Below, piece after piece: positions 37,501 through 51,025 of a stretch of DNA of 64,000 nt. The DNA is taken from NCBI GenBank assembly GCA_904063045.1, contig CAJFCJ010000013.1, positions 974,156 to 1,038,155 of the forward strand, in the 5' to 3' direction. Under the pieces are notes generated by a model, which worked only from the letters and a program-made list of their open reading frames with translations, did not search any database and was not told the origin of the DNA. Source of the stretch: Dimorphilus gyrociliatus (taxonomy: Eukaryota; Animalia; Annelida). The position numbers were made by a program, and so were the translations under genes. The number at the start of each line of letters is the position of its first letter. Position 1 is the first letter of the stretch.

Positions 37501-40500
37501 AATTCGTGTAAGAATTCAGTGGCTTGAAAAATCTGCAAAAATTCAAAAAGTTGTCTAAAATCTATAAAAGGATTATTTATAGATAATTACCTCCCATGTA
37601 TCAATTATTCCACATTCGTTTGCAAGTTTACAAACTTTGTCTATGTCTAACAAGTTATCTGCATTTTTCTTGTTTTTTTCACTGTATGAGATACATTTTT
37701 TTTAAAGGATGAAAATTTCAATTGCATAACTTACTTAATGAGTTTCTTTTCAAATTCCAGATATGCAACAGGTATTTTCTCATCCATATACTTTTCCTTT
37801 ATTGTTTCAGTAATTAAATCATTAATCAATTCTTGAATACCCTTATATTGAAAAATTCGTTATAGAGCATACAATGTTTCAGTTTGACTCCATACCTGTC
37901 CACTAATGGTAGAAACATAATGGAATCCTGAAATTTGTGGAAATGATTCTTTCAAGTCTTCAACAGGAAGTTCAGATATTTCCACCTGTTGTAATTTGAT
38001 ATTTAATAACAGTACATTACATTATAGAAGAAAATTTTGAAATAAATATCTATTCTACCAACCTCATCGACGTGCGAGCCTATAATGAAAATAGGGGATT
38101 TTGGCGCGTGACAGGCTATTGAACTCAACCAGAATTTCAATCCTGAATGTTCGTAACCACTTCTCATGTTCCACAATAGAAAATATATTGCCCTATTCGT
38201 TAGGAAAAATTGATGAGTATTATAATATACTTCTTGCCCTGCGAAATCCCATATTGAATATTCTATCGAGTTAATTTTCCATGTTTTAATATCAATTCCA
38301 TCTGTAACATCTGGTAATGTTTCTTCCGATTCTGTATCTTCTTCCGATTGTGTCATTTTGCGAATTAAACTAGTTTTACCGGCTCCTCCAAGTCCAACTA
38401 GCATCAGTTTTGTCCTTCTACACTCAACTGATCCTTCATGTAATCTTCTCATATAGCCCATAATAACCGCCTCTCCTTTGCTAGCAATTTCTCTTGGTGG
38501 TGTTTTTAGCGAAGGACAGCCATTTAATTTCAATGTTCGAATAGGTAAGTAGCATATCTCCGGATTGATCTCCTCAAGGACTAAGTTGTGCGATAGATCC
38601 AAGAATCTTAAACTTTTCAGAAATTTAATACCACCATCTAAAACTTTAAATGACTGGTACGATAAATCTAAGTGAGTAAGCTTTCCTATAGAAATTTCAT
38701 TCTTTAACTGAGAAAGAGGAGAGGAAGTCATATGAGGTATTTTTTTATAGAGTTTAGCACAAAATGCTGCTTTTTCATCAGCATCATAGATATAAGTAGT
38801 ATTCTTTATGGCACAACTTGAAAACAAAGATTCTAAATCTTTCATTGTAAGATTAATAGCAGAAAAAATTCCTTCATACTCTTCTCGATAATCGCTGAGG
38901 GTCTTTAAGGTTACGTTTCCTTTTATTGAAGGATAGTGAAAAGAATTCAGGAAACAAGATTTTAGATTGTAAAGTTTGAAGATAACACTCGGAAATTCTC
39001 TGAAAATATTATTTTTCACTGATAATTTCTCCAAGTGCACTAAGTTTGATAGCTCGTCCGGTAATTGATTAATTGGCATTCCATCAATATCAAGTCTAAT
39101 AAGATATTTCAGTTTAGTTATGCTTTGAGGAAATTCAGTTAAGGAACTTTTTTCAATTGTTATTGTCAATAAAGTTTGGACTGATTTATGGAACGATTGA
39201 TAAAATTGCTCGTTTACATTTGATAGCGTTAAAAAGAGTAGCGTGTCATCCGAAATTGTTTTCCAAACACTACTTGAACTAACATTAGGTGAGTTTACTT
39301 TAACATGCAAATCACAAGCTTTTACATCAAGTTGAAATTGGTCTTTCATATTCGTTTCAATGGTTTTCAACATCTATGAAATGATTTATAAGAATAAAAC
39401 TAATTAAATTTGAATAAAATTATACCATTTCAATATTATCTTCTGATAAATTTTTCGTATATCCAGTATTCAGTGCCAAAATACAGAAATAACTTTTCAA
39501 TTGAGCGAACAAAGGTAAGAGAAAGGAAAAGTAGAAATCTTCTGATACCTGAACGAAACAAGATTATTAAACAAAATCATTGAAGAATTCAGCATAAACA
39601 ATTACAATCATATCTGGACTTAGGAAACGAGCTATGTTTAACATCATAATTTTTTTCATTGTATCTGATGTAATTGGTAGTTTTCTTGGAAATTTTTGCA
39701 TTATATGTTTCATCGGCTGTTTTGCAAAATCTGAACTATCGGAGCATATTGGGTATAGAGATGCCGACTTTAAGTCCACCATATTCTTTAGTAATGGAGG
39801 AATATTTTCTAGTTGATTGGGAATTAGAAAAGATCCTCTTATCAACTTTTCTGGAGAGTTATTCTTGATGTATGATAAGAAAGGTTTCAAGTTCATATTC
39901 AGATAGTCTTAAAATTAAACTTCAGTATTATACAGTATAACAAAATACGAAAATTGATGTTCAATTAAATCTTACATTGTTTAGAAATTTTGTCGTAAGT
40001 TCTCTCATTTAATACCTCGGGTTGAAATAATGAGAAACTATCGGCTGTCTTTAATTTTTCAATGAGACTTGGAGAGGCAAAAGGCCTATTTAGAAAAATG
40101 GAAATTTTCTGTGCAAGTTCTGAACTTTCTGGGAAAAACAAACAAATATTACAAAGAAACAGATAATAGAAATTCAAGTTAAATAACTAACTTGAAGCAT
40201 CTTGTACTAAGGCTTTAAAACTGTCAAAGTCAACCCAATCGGGATATTTATCTGTGTTGTACTTAATCAAAATTTGATTTTCCTTTACATCAACTATTTA
40301 TAGAATATGAAAGTATATTATCATCTATTAAAGATTAAAACGTTCCAAAGAGCACTTACTAATATAAATTTGTCTCTTTTTCGAAATGAAGATCATTCCG
40401 GGCATTAATTTTTCAGTTGAAGACTTGAACTGTCTATCCTTTAAGTAAAAGATAAAAATTTAGTCCCTAAAACAAAAAATCACTTATATTTTTTTACTGG

Positions 40501-43500
40501 AAAGTATGTAAAGTCAATCGATGTGAGCTTATGATTCAAGTAAATACTGTATTCCATATTTTCAATAGATATCCTTTCCAGAAGGATCTTGTTCAAATAT
40601 ATCATTAAATTTAATTTAGAAGTCTGTTTTTAATAAACAAATGCATTATTTTAAAAGTTAAAACCAATGTAAATAGATCAGAAAATACTGACAGTGCGAA
40701 GAAATACCGGAAATTTGAATTTAATTTCCAGTGTAGAATACTTCCGAAGACATAATTTCCTTTTAGTATATTCTCCAGAGCCAGTTTGAAATGAATACGA
40801 ATCTTTTCGAATTGAGAAAATCGTCTCATCACTAAAGGAGTTAGAGGTTAGTTAAAAGAGATATATCCAACAATAAATTTATTATATACCCTTCTTTTCT
40901 GTAAAAAAGAAAAACAAGGGAAAATTAATTATGAACAAGATTTCATTAACATCAAAACATTTACTCAATTTTAAAAAACTCTTTCTCATCGACACCTTCA
41001 ATATTTGAAAAGGATATAGAATTAATATTTGATAAGTAAAGCTTTCTTGGAAATGATATTAAGTTTCCATATCTTCTTGTTTTAGTTTGAGTAAACTCTT
41101 CAGAAAATGACGGTTTCAATTCCTTATACATTTGGGTAATCAATGTATATCTATCAAATGATCGTATTTCCATTGATTCAAACAGTTTTTCGTTTCCTTG
41201 ACTAATAAAATTATTATCGACTGTTCAAAGTTAAATATTAAGAAAATATTAATGCCCTTTTTATAAAGTTGGATAAAACGTACAAAAATCCGAATTTTCT
41301 TTCTGTTCATTTGGTTTCTTGCCCCAAGGAGTAGTCAATATTTTCTAATTGAAATTTAATTTTAATATTCTATTTTTAGATATCATATTTTATCTTACCG
41401 AATAGAATACTGAAGATTTGAACAAAGCGTACTCTATCAATAAAGAAATTTCAGCTGAGATTATAGCTAAAAGCGAAGGAGCTTCATCAACATCTAAGGT
41501 TCTTGATAAAAGCAAAATATTTGACTCGTCGAAATGAATGTCCACTTCAACTGGTCCAGAATGGAAAATAACTCTCTTTTGAGATAATTCAATAAAAGTA
41601 ACAATTCCCAGTTTTATTTCATAAACTGCATGAATTAAATAAGTAATCATGGAGCTAACCGATCCGGTGAAGTTTGTTTCGCATTTATAGCAGATGTCTA
41701 TTTGCGTTAATCCTTCAACATCCTACAAATTGAATGATAAACATTTATGTTTTGTAAAGTTGCATTAAAACCTTATTATATTCTTCTCTCCTCGATATAC
41801 TTGGTAAATTATGACAAAATATAACAACATCGTTCGACAATCCTAGTACAACGCCAATATCTTTTAGAATTTCCAAACCGTTTTTAATCTGAAAGTAATT
41901 ATTTATTATTGACTTATACTTTTCATTTTATTCAAAACAACAAATGGATTCTTTATATTGGAAAAATAGCTTTGCGCATTTTCACAGATGATCGTCTCTC
42001 TTTGTAAAAAATATAGCCATGCTTGAACATCATCATTACAATGAATGGATGACGAATTCAATTTATGAAAAGCTTTTGATAACCACTTAGGATCAACTAT
42101 TATCCAATCGTCTCTTTTAAAACGCTTGAAAAGAATAACTTCTCCCTTGAAAAATATTTCCTATACAATTAAACCCTAAAAGTACATTGAACTTACTATG
42201 GAATGTAGAAATTTTAAAGCTTTAAAATAAGGAAATCTGTGAACTTTAATTTGCTTCTTCTCAAATTCATCTTCATCATTGAAACCTTTCAGCTATTGAG
42301 AAACACATGTAATCGATATTTCACGCAACAAAAACATTTTATATAAATACATAATCGACTGACGATTCTTCCAAACGGGCAACTTCAAAAGTTTTAAACT
42401 TTTCCGGGGGAATCCTTAAATCCTTAAATACAGCGGCATGCTTTTCAATCACCTCTAAAGTTTCTGTATTACGTAGAATTTTCTCTTAATATATATCTTT
42501 TGCAAGAGAAGAAATCTATTATTACCATTTAATAGATCATCTAAGGAAATGATGTCTATAATATCATTCAGTGGTATAAAACCTTCATGATTAACGAAAA
42601 CATCTTTCATTTTCTCCTTAAATTTTCCTACTGCTAAACTTTCATACTAAAAAAAAAATAACTGTTTAACATTTAGTCCATATAACATTTATCACATTTT
42701 ATCATACATTTAGAGAGGCATCCATCTCTTTTGCTTTATCAAAGCTCTTTTCAATTTCCTTCCAAAGCTAAAAAAAACAAAACAGAAAATCATCTCATCG
42801 TCGTCGATTTTATTAAATCTTTTCATGTTATTCTTAACCTCTTTATTCCCTATCTTCTTTGAGTCTATAAATTTCCAATTCTTTTCCCCATTCTCCGCCA
42901 TTTTTCTTAATAATTCCCACAGTCCAATTAGGTTGTGTAGATTATTCTGATCATTGAATTCCATGTTGGATAATTCGTCGGCGCTATTAAAGAATCAAAG
43001 AATCATTAGATGAAGGTTGCAGATAAAGGTTTGTAGTTGTTTTCGTTTACCTCGTCAATTTCTCTATCAATTTTCCTAGGCTTTCTACCTTTGAATTGAT
43101 GAGAGAATGAATTTTCTCATCCAACAATTTCTCATCGATTTTTGACTGTTGAAATCCTAAAAATAGCACATAAGGCTTCCAATTTGGTTTCAAATTCTGA
43201 AATATTTCAAAAATTATCCTCCAAACGTTTTCTCGCTTCTCATCTCTACTCATTTATCTTTGCTCTAAACAAAATGAAATATCTCACTTTTTGCAGAATT
43301 GATATGATAACGTCGAAAAAGAAGTTTGATGTTACGTCTCCATCTCCATTCACGTTGAATGGAACGATAATGGAGGATCTTTGAGCGGAGATAAGCGAAG
43401 AGTATTCCTGTGGAATAGTGAAATAAATAGAGGAAAATTGAAACTACTAGAGAGGAGGATGAAGAGGATCAATTACTTCAAATAAATCATAAAAGATCCA

Positions 43501-45237
43501 ATCGCCATGAGTAAAAACTTGAAATGGATTTGTAGTTGTTTCCATTTTAGAAGAAAGTAGCAAAGATTGAAAATTTAGTCGCTTCTTCTCATTTTCTTTT
43601 TCATACATTGGCTTCATATGAAAAATTATCGCTTTTTTAGTTTTAACAAAGGCAATTTTGTTTGGAGATAATTCAACTGTGTAAAATATAATACTGTAAC
43701 TATTTATGAATATAACAATAATAATTCTAAATTCTTAGTTACTCAATTTTTGATGCTGTGGAAGAAATGGATCAAGAAATGGATCAATTATTTTCAAATG
43801 TTCTTCCTTAGATTCGTTTTTAGACGTAGGTATACATGTAGTCTGATTTATCTGTTTTCACAAATTATTGTTTCAATAAGAATAATAGCATCAACTTTAT
43901 TTACAGAAATATATTTTTTCATATTTCTAAAGATTTTTCTATTTTTAATAAAATCAATGCTCCAAGAAGACAAACTGTTGTTGTTATCTAGTGATACCTT
44001 TGAAGGAATATCAAAAAAAAATATTTATTAATATTAAAAGATATAGACTAATGTTATTTTTTACCGATTTAATACTTATCGAGAATTCATTTATCCAATA
44101 AATACTCCAATCTGTTATATTCGAACAATTCTTTAGTCGTAGTACAATTTTAGAAAGTTTTAGCTATTTTCAAAATTATCAATTAGTATAGTACAGAATT
44201 GTAGCCATATTATTACGTTAGATTTATCTGACGGTGTCTGCTTGCTCAAATATAGTAATGCAAAAAAACAATCATTTAAAGAAGACATATTTTCGAATTT
44301 CAACGATAGTGTCATTTCTGATGAAAGGCTTTTCAAAGGATTCTGAATGTTTATATAACATGTTTTATAAACCAAATATATAATAATAATTGTCATACCA
44401 TATAAGACGTCGAAACAAGACAGTGTAAAGGTATTTTATTTCTTGGAAAGTAATTTAGTTTATTTAAATTGACGACATTTAATTTCTCTAAATCACTTGT
44501 CAAGTCTTCAAGTGAACGAAGTTGAGAATATGAAAACACCATTAACTTAGTTTGATACAATTTAACTATAGGAGAACATACCTGTTTTTTCTACCATCAT
44601 ATCCATTTGCTCTTCAACTTAATATATAGTTTATTATATAACAAAGAGTGAATAAAAAAATAAATTAACTCTTACCAAAAAGATCATCCACATTATCATT
44701 ATCATTTGGAGGTGCATTTGAGATGTCAAAGCTATCGTCCATATTCTCATTCGCCTGAGAATTAATAAAAAAATCGCTAAAGATGTCAGAGCTATCGTAT
44801 ATTGAGTCTTCATCGCTTAGATCTGTTGAGGACTGTAATCCCAATATTGTTTGTTGTTGCTGTTGTAGAATTCCTTGACTGTTTTGCTGAAGTGCTTGAG
44901 GTGGTGGAAGCAGTATGTCCCCCAGTTGTTGCCTGTTTTGCTGAACTGCTGGAGATGATGACACCACTATGTTTCCTAATCGTCGCCTATTTTGTGTCTG
45001 CTGTGGCGTAATTCCACTCTGCATTTCTGTATTTTGTACTGCTTGATGTGGCAGCAAAAAATTTAGCTCATCTATATTTTCGTCAAGTTGCTGCTGCTCC
45101 TGTTCCGGTATTGGTGGTGTAATTTCGTTATACATTTCTGTATTTTGCGCTGCTTGATGTGGCAGCAAAAAATTCAGTTCATCTATATTTTCGTCAAGAG
45201 TTAAAACTCTCTTTTCTTCAGAATTTTCGTCACTCAT
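34521..45237 (-). CDS. Roco protein B, paralogue of A (LRR-Roc-COR-TIR-TIR), with an acidic/Gln-rich first exon at 44676-45237
   Basis: ORF 38003-39373 (LRR plus Roc motifs) and ORF 34521-35933 (TIR plus tail). Exons are homologous to A (FPRNKIPLHC, DWSIYWI, PFLDP). ORF 44665-45237 ends in the donor G|GTAAGA. Confidence 0.85.
45020..45198 (-). repeat. Two-copy coding repeat LDENIDELNFLLPHQA(A/V)QNTEM in exon 1 of Roco B
   Basis: Two near-identical segments of about 67 bp at about 45020-45087 and 45133-45198. Confidence 0.9.
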
Positions 45238-46544
45238 ACTTTATAATTATCAATTATCGTTATATTCCTAAAGAAAATCCATTATAAATAGTTTAAAGTT
45301 GTCAATACGAATATATTTTTAAAATAATATTTTCTTTTGAAGCATCATATTATAATAATAGAAATATTATACAACGATGATTTTGATTTTCCGAGAACTT
45401 TTCCTATAGATTTAATATTTATACTTATTCTACAGATTCAATACTTATTGGAAAAAGTAAAACATTCAGCATAGCAACTGAAAATGGCGGGATAATAACT
45501 ACCAGATTATTTAGTTCACTTAATTAATTAATTATAGTAATAAAATCATAATTATATAATTTATAGTACTATATGTTAATAGTTACATTTAGATGTGAAT
45601 GCACTTTTCAAAGCTACTTTTTACACAATTAAATCGATTTTTTTGGAGACATCATCAACGATTAGATCTTAATAATAAACTTTTCATATTTTCTTTATAT
45701 TTGACTGGAAATAAATAGTGTTCAATATCATACGTCTCCTTTTTGTAGGCATGCGCAAACTAATTGATTTTTCCTAAACGACCATGTGTTTATGAGCTTT
45801 ATACCTACATTATCGTCCTCAAATAACCGCCAACTGAATGTTTAGGCCTAATTTATAATTAAATCATATTTATAAGATGAATTTATTAAATTATTAGTTT
45901 CATCAATTTTAAATGCAAAAATTGTGATTTTATATGTCAATTATATAATATTTTCATAATAACTCGAGAAACATTTCTATAAGTTAATAATAGTCTTATT
46001 CTATTTTAAATAAACAGGAAATTATTTCGAATAAGGAAGTCTTGTCTCTCAAACATCTAATTAATTCAAATGAAATAGTGAAACGGACAATAAACATTCA
46101 AAAAGTTCAATTTTTAATGAAGCTGCCAATTTATCAACTGCCACTTACCTCCTTCATTTTGTCTACAATTACCAATACAACTGTACATCTTTCATTGATT
46201 TAACAGCAATAGCTGTATTGTTTGTAAAGCCAACCTTTAATTGGAGATATGTTTCATTCGATGATCAAAGATCAAGGATCTCTTCAAGTTGCAAACAACG
46301 AGATCTTATATAGATATTATTAAATCGCAAAACGATAGAAAATACTAATGCGTAATATATCTTTTATTTAAGTAAATGAAGCGAAAGAAAACACCATATA
46401 TCCCTTTAATCATTAATCACTATGTATAAAATCAAACTAACGTTGCAGATGAGCTGCGATAGACATAACTAAATATAGAAACTTAAACTCAACAAGTTGA
46501 ACAAGCACAATTAATAAGTTAAAATTGCACTATGGATTATCTAT

Positions 46545-47528
46545 TTAATAGTCTAACAGCTCTCCGTTGCCTGAAATCACATTCGAAAGTCTATCTCTAA
46601 AGGACAGTACAAATAATTTGCAATGATCCTCGTTGAGTGACTCCCAAGCCTCGAAGATAGCTTGCTTTAGGTCATCTGTAGACTTGAACTTTCTTCCGTT
46701 TCTGTAAACGCACTTTGCCAACATTCCCCAGTACTTTTCGGCCAGGTTGAGATCAGGAGATTTCAGAGGCCAAGAAATTCTGGAGATTTCCTTCTCCATC
46801 AGATACTGCTTTGTCAGTCTTGACCTCAGTGGGGTATCGCTTCCGTGCAGAAAAATGAAATCATCTCCGTATAGACGGTGTGCTGCTGGAAGAAACTGGT
46901 CTTCAAAAAGTTCTATATACTTATCTGCTTTCTTTGTACGATTAACAACAATAAGGGGGAGTAGTCCTTTATAAGACACACCTCCCCATATTAGTACTGA
47001 AGATGATCCTGCACGCTTTCTCGAAAACATTGGGTCATTAGTTCTGAGGTCATGCCAGAAAAAGCCAATTCCATCAGGACCGTCCAAATTAAAACGCTTT
47101 TGACCCATAAAAATAACTCTATCCCATCTTTGAAACGCTAAAAGTTCTTTACAAAATTTGACTCTGTTCCGATGGTCTTTTGAACATAGCGAGGGCTTAA
47201 CATTGACAACAAGGGTTTTCTGTTTCTCCTCATTTAGAACCCTTTGAATGGTCCTTAAGCTCCCATCTAACTTATATTGTTCCTTCAATTGAGCAGCCGT
47301 CTTTTTAGTATTAATGGAAGCCCTTATAATTTCCAAAACGTTTTCGCCATGAATCTTTTTACGACCGCATCTCTTCTGATTTTCTTCATAGTGAGGATTT
47401 TTCAGAAACCTTAATATAGTCGAATGGTGACGATTAATTTGTACTGCAATTTGTCTTGCTGAAGAGCGTGACTTATTTAGCTTTATAGCTAACTGTTCAC
47501 GAGAGGATAATCTCGCTCCACGTGCCAT
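46545..47528 (-). CDS. Intact full-length Tc3-like (Tc1/mariner) transposase-derived protein with a mutated catalytic triad; candidate domesticated gene
   Basis: 327 aa, collinear with C. elegans Tc3A (MARG..LS, bipartite HTH, FNLDGPDG, WHDLR, WPxxSPDLN). VFSDE reads IFMGQ and FQQDN reads FLHGS; the Glu at +34 is retained. No terminal inverted repeats seen by eye. Confidence 0.85.
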   Translation of the reverse strand: MARGARLSSREQLAIKLNKSRSSARQIAVQINRHHSTILRFLKNPHYEENQKRCGRKKIHGENVLEIIRASINTKKTAAQLKEQYKLDGSLRTIQRVLNEEKQKTLVVNVKPSLCSKDHRNRVKFCKELLAFQRWDRVIFMGQKRFNLDGPDGIGFFWHDLRTNDPMFSRKRAGSSSVLIWGGVSYKGLLPLIVVNRTKKADKYIELFEDQFLPAAHRLYGDDFIFLHGSDTPLRSRLTKQYLMEKEISRISWPLKSPDLNLAEKYWGMLAKCVYRNGRKFKSTDDLKQAIFEAWESLNEDHCKLFVLSFRDRLSNVISGNGELLDY

Positions 47529-48851
47529 GTTAATTTACTAAGTGCACACTACGCATTTCCTATTAAATACCTAGTACCTAGCACAGCTGTGAAAACTACT
47601 CAGTCGATTAGGCCAATTTATGATACTTCGCTTTGAGGTAAATACAAGTGAATAGTACAAAAATCTAATAGGCCTAATTGTTTTTAAGAGTACATTGTTT
47701 ATCATTTGAAACTGGAGACCGTTAGGTTGGTTCCATTCCAACCGTCAAACGGAACCTCTAATTATTAACTTTAAACCAGAAAGGATAGATTCGTAAATAA
47801 AAAAAAATATCCAACTGCAAAAGAGATTTCAAGACCGAAAAAGCCGTAAAATTAGCAAATGATCTAAAATTATTTAGATTCAAGGAGAAAAGAAAAATGA
47901 GAGAGAGAGAGTATGATGATACGACGATGACGCAAGGACAAAAACACATTGAGCATGAATCTTGGCCTTTTTTATTTAACGGCAAAAAGATCAACTCCTT
48001 TCTTTTTATAAAACTAAAAAGTTTGAGACGTGTAACGTCATTTTTCCCCTTAGGCGTCTACTATTAAGAGCTAGGAGAATATATTATTCTTCAAAATATC
48101 TTTGACGCTAGAAAAAACAAACTGTACAAACTATCCCAACACATGTGATATACACATTAACACATAGACATAATTATTTATCATCAAACTATTAATAATA
48201 ATTTATTAAGATGTTTGTCTTTTAAATATTTTGTTTGCTTGTTTTCCAATAGAGGGAGTTTTTGTTTTTACAGTTGAATTTCATATATGTTATGTACATT
48301 ATACCGATTTAAAAGTCTACCCTATAGGATTAATCGTGCATAAAACTTTCACTGAAATTCAAACATCTATCAGTTGATGTTCACTTGAGGGCGAAATTTT
48401 GCCGAGGTAAAATGTCTTCAGCAATATTTTTTTTTCATTTAACAATTTTCAAAAATAATTTTGCAGTTTTTTCTATTTTTTTATTTTATCGACTTTTAAG
48501 ATTAATATATAATGGAAATTCTATTTTTAATAGTTTCTTTTTATATTCATCTTTTCATTTTCCGTCTAAGAGAAACGTTTAATCTTTTGGCAAAAAAAAA
48601 CCGTTTTTTTTGAATTTTCGAACGTTGAAAGTTACTTTTTTTTAAAAGTTTTTGACCTTTTTTATGGTCATTTTTGTAGTAATTTCATAGTTTTTCATTT
48701 AACAATAGACGCCACGTTTTTTCCTTTTCGGAAAAAGTAGATTTATACTTAGAAAAATTGACATTACTCAACGACTCTTTTTCCCCCTCATTATAGGGTA
48801 TTAAAGCGCGAAAGTTGACCAGCTACGTTGGACGTTCAAATAGATTGAATC

Positions 48852-50232
48852 ATGAGCAATTCGGAAATTGAATATCTGGCCGAGGTTCACAGACGAATGA
48901 AGAAGAAAAAGACGAATTCCTTACTTACTCCGAGTGAATATTTCATTATTGTTGAACGATTCAATACTCTAAGAGAGAATCCAAATGCGACAAAAATAAA
49001 ATCGGACGATTCGATAATGAAACGATACGAGCTTAGAGAAGTTAAAGACGAAGAGGACGATGAAATCAAGCAAATGTTATTTAAAAAAGGTACTACTTTG
49101 AAAATAATGACTTCGGACAAGCTGTATCAAACACTTATGGACCTTCACATCGAAACCGGCCATAAAGGAAGAGACTTTCTTCGTAGAGCCGTTGCGGACA
49201 AGTACGCTAACATTACATCAGAATGTATGCAGTTATTCCTTGATATGTGTCAAGTCTGTCGAAGCGGTAAGCAGACTAACTTAAGTGAGGTTAAGTCTAG
49301 TATGGTAATGGAAAAAGTGAGACAGTCTCGCGGCTACTTTACATTTTTGGACAAACACCGCGAACAAATCAAAGATTATAAATACATACTTGTGTACCAA
49401 GATTTTGCAACTCGATTCGTTATGATACGTCCACTAGCCCAGATATCGTCGTTCGAAGTAGCTAAAAGATTGATAGAGCATTTTACTGACAAGGGTTCGC
49501 CAATTGTTTTGGAAAGTAATGTTGAAAATTCGTTCCTTACCCGCGTAACCGACCATCTCTTTAAGATGTGGCCCCAATGCAACGTTCTAACTGGTAGAAC
49601 TAAGTCAGGCTTAATTCTTAACGCAATGGAGGATACTATAGCGGAAATTCATCGCTACATGTATAGCTGGATGAAAATGAAAAGTGATTTTACTGATAAT
49701 TGGGTTGAAGGTTTAAAGTATATTCAATGGGAAATCAACTCTTCGTTTAATCATAGTAAGATTTTTTTCAACTAATAGATAAGAGTTTTATTAATATATC
49801 CGTTTTTGTTGAACAGGTATTGGATGTTCGCCTTGCGAAGCAGCTTTCGATACGAAACCGTTCATGGGCAGCGCTTGCTTAAATTTACCAGCTAAGGTTG
49901 CGGCGAGAGTCTACAATGAGGATCAGCTCGAAACTTATCTTAGATTGAGAACTATTCCGAAAGGCGAAGGTCGAAAAGTAAGCATAACCTCGGCAAAGTT
50001 TATTTGCTCGAGATGCTTCACTACTTACGAAAGTTCGACTTACAATCCGGAAACGTGTTTGACTTGTAAAATCAACGAAGGAGTCGAGATGGGAGATTCA
50101 TCAAAAAGAGCTCTTGAACCATTGGATGCCAGAAGTATGGAACTATTTGAAAAGAAATCGAGAACAAGCAAGGATGGTGAAAATAAAGAAAATAAGATTC
50201 GTACCGTTTCCGAGCTATTTTTCACCATCTAA
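48852..50232 (+). CDS. KRBA2/SCAND3-like (Gin/Ginger-type) integrase-derived protein, 2 exons (48852-49755, 49817-50232), 439 aa, catalytic Asp residues replaced
   Basis: HHCC finger (HIETGH...CQVC), YQDFATRF (YQDHLTKF), GSPIVLESN (GAPxILQSD) and WP. The phase-1 intron joins to give HSIGCSPCEAAF (HxxIxxSPYEAMF). C-terminal CxxC...CxxC. Confidence 0.85.
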
Positions 50233-51025
50233 AAGAAGAAAAGGCGTGACGATGACGGAGCAACATGCCTGTTTTTTTTATGTACTGTGTGTTTACCTGC
50301 TGTTCAGTTGTAGTATCATACTAGTCTCATTTTTGTGCTGATTTTTTTTTTCACTTTTGCGATCTGCATACGAAAATACTTGATGAAAATAAAAAGTGTT
50401 ATTTACTATCTGTTCTTTTGTTTATGTTTTGTGTGTTTGTCCGTCAATACGATTGTTGCTGTTCTTTTTTTTCTGTCTTCGTTCGAAATGTTATGGTTAA
50501 AAACATTCGTTTTTTTGTGCCTATGGCTTATTTGTTTAAAAAAAAAACCTTGTCATCCTGTTTTTTATGTTGTTTTTTTTTTGCTGTTTTTTTCTTACCA
50601 TATGGTATATTTTATAAATACAGCTACACTGTTGAAAGGTTAAATGTACGTTATTATACATATATAAACGATCAACATAGGTATTAGAGGTAGCGATGTA
50701 ATATTAACCTTTTTGGCTATTTTTCCTGTCTGACACGTTATACTCGCTAGATACTTGATTATGTAAGATGAATTTGGTTCATCAGTAACTTATTCAAACT
50801 CTATTGTTGAGATTAAGTAATGCACAGGAGTTTGTCAAGTGCTAAATTGTTAACAGACATTTCAAATATAAACTTTTGGCAAGGTAGACGTTTTTAATAC
50901 GAATTTGTCCAGGTTGAAGTCTATTAACGACCACGTCAATGAGCATGTATACATATGAGCATATATAACAAATTTCAGTCTTGTTCTAAACGAGGAAGGA
51001 AACGCAGCTTAGATTTCTCATTTTC

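Noticed and set aside
46150-46320. Minus-strand exon-like stretch ending in GTAAGT
   Set aside because: Contains in-frame stops and has no recognisable homology.
47725-47760. Small hairpin (CCGTT-GGTTGG...CCAACC-AACGG) between the two dead recombinase genes
   Set aside because: Short and imperfect, with no partner on the other side of the transposase, so not a TIR.
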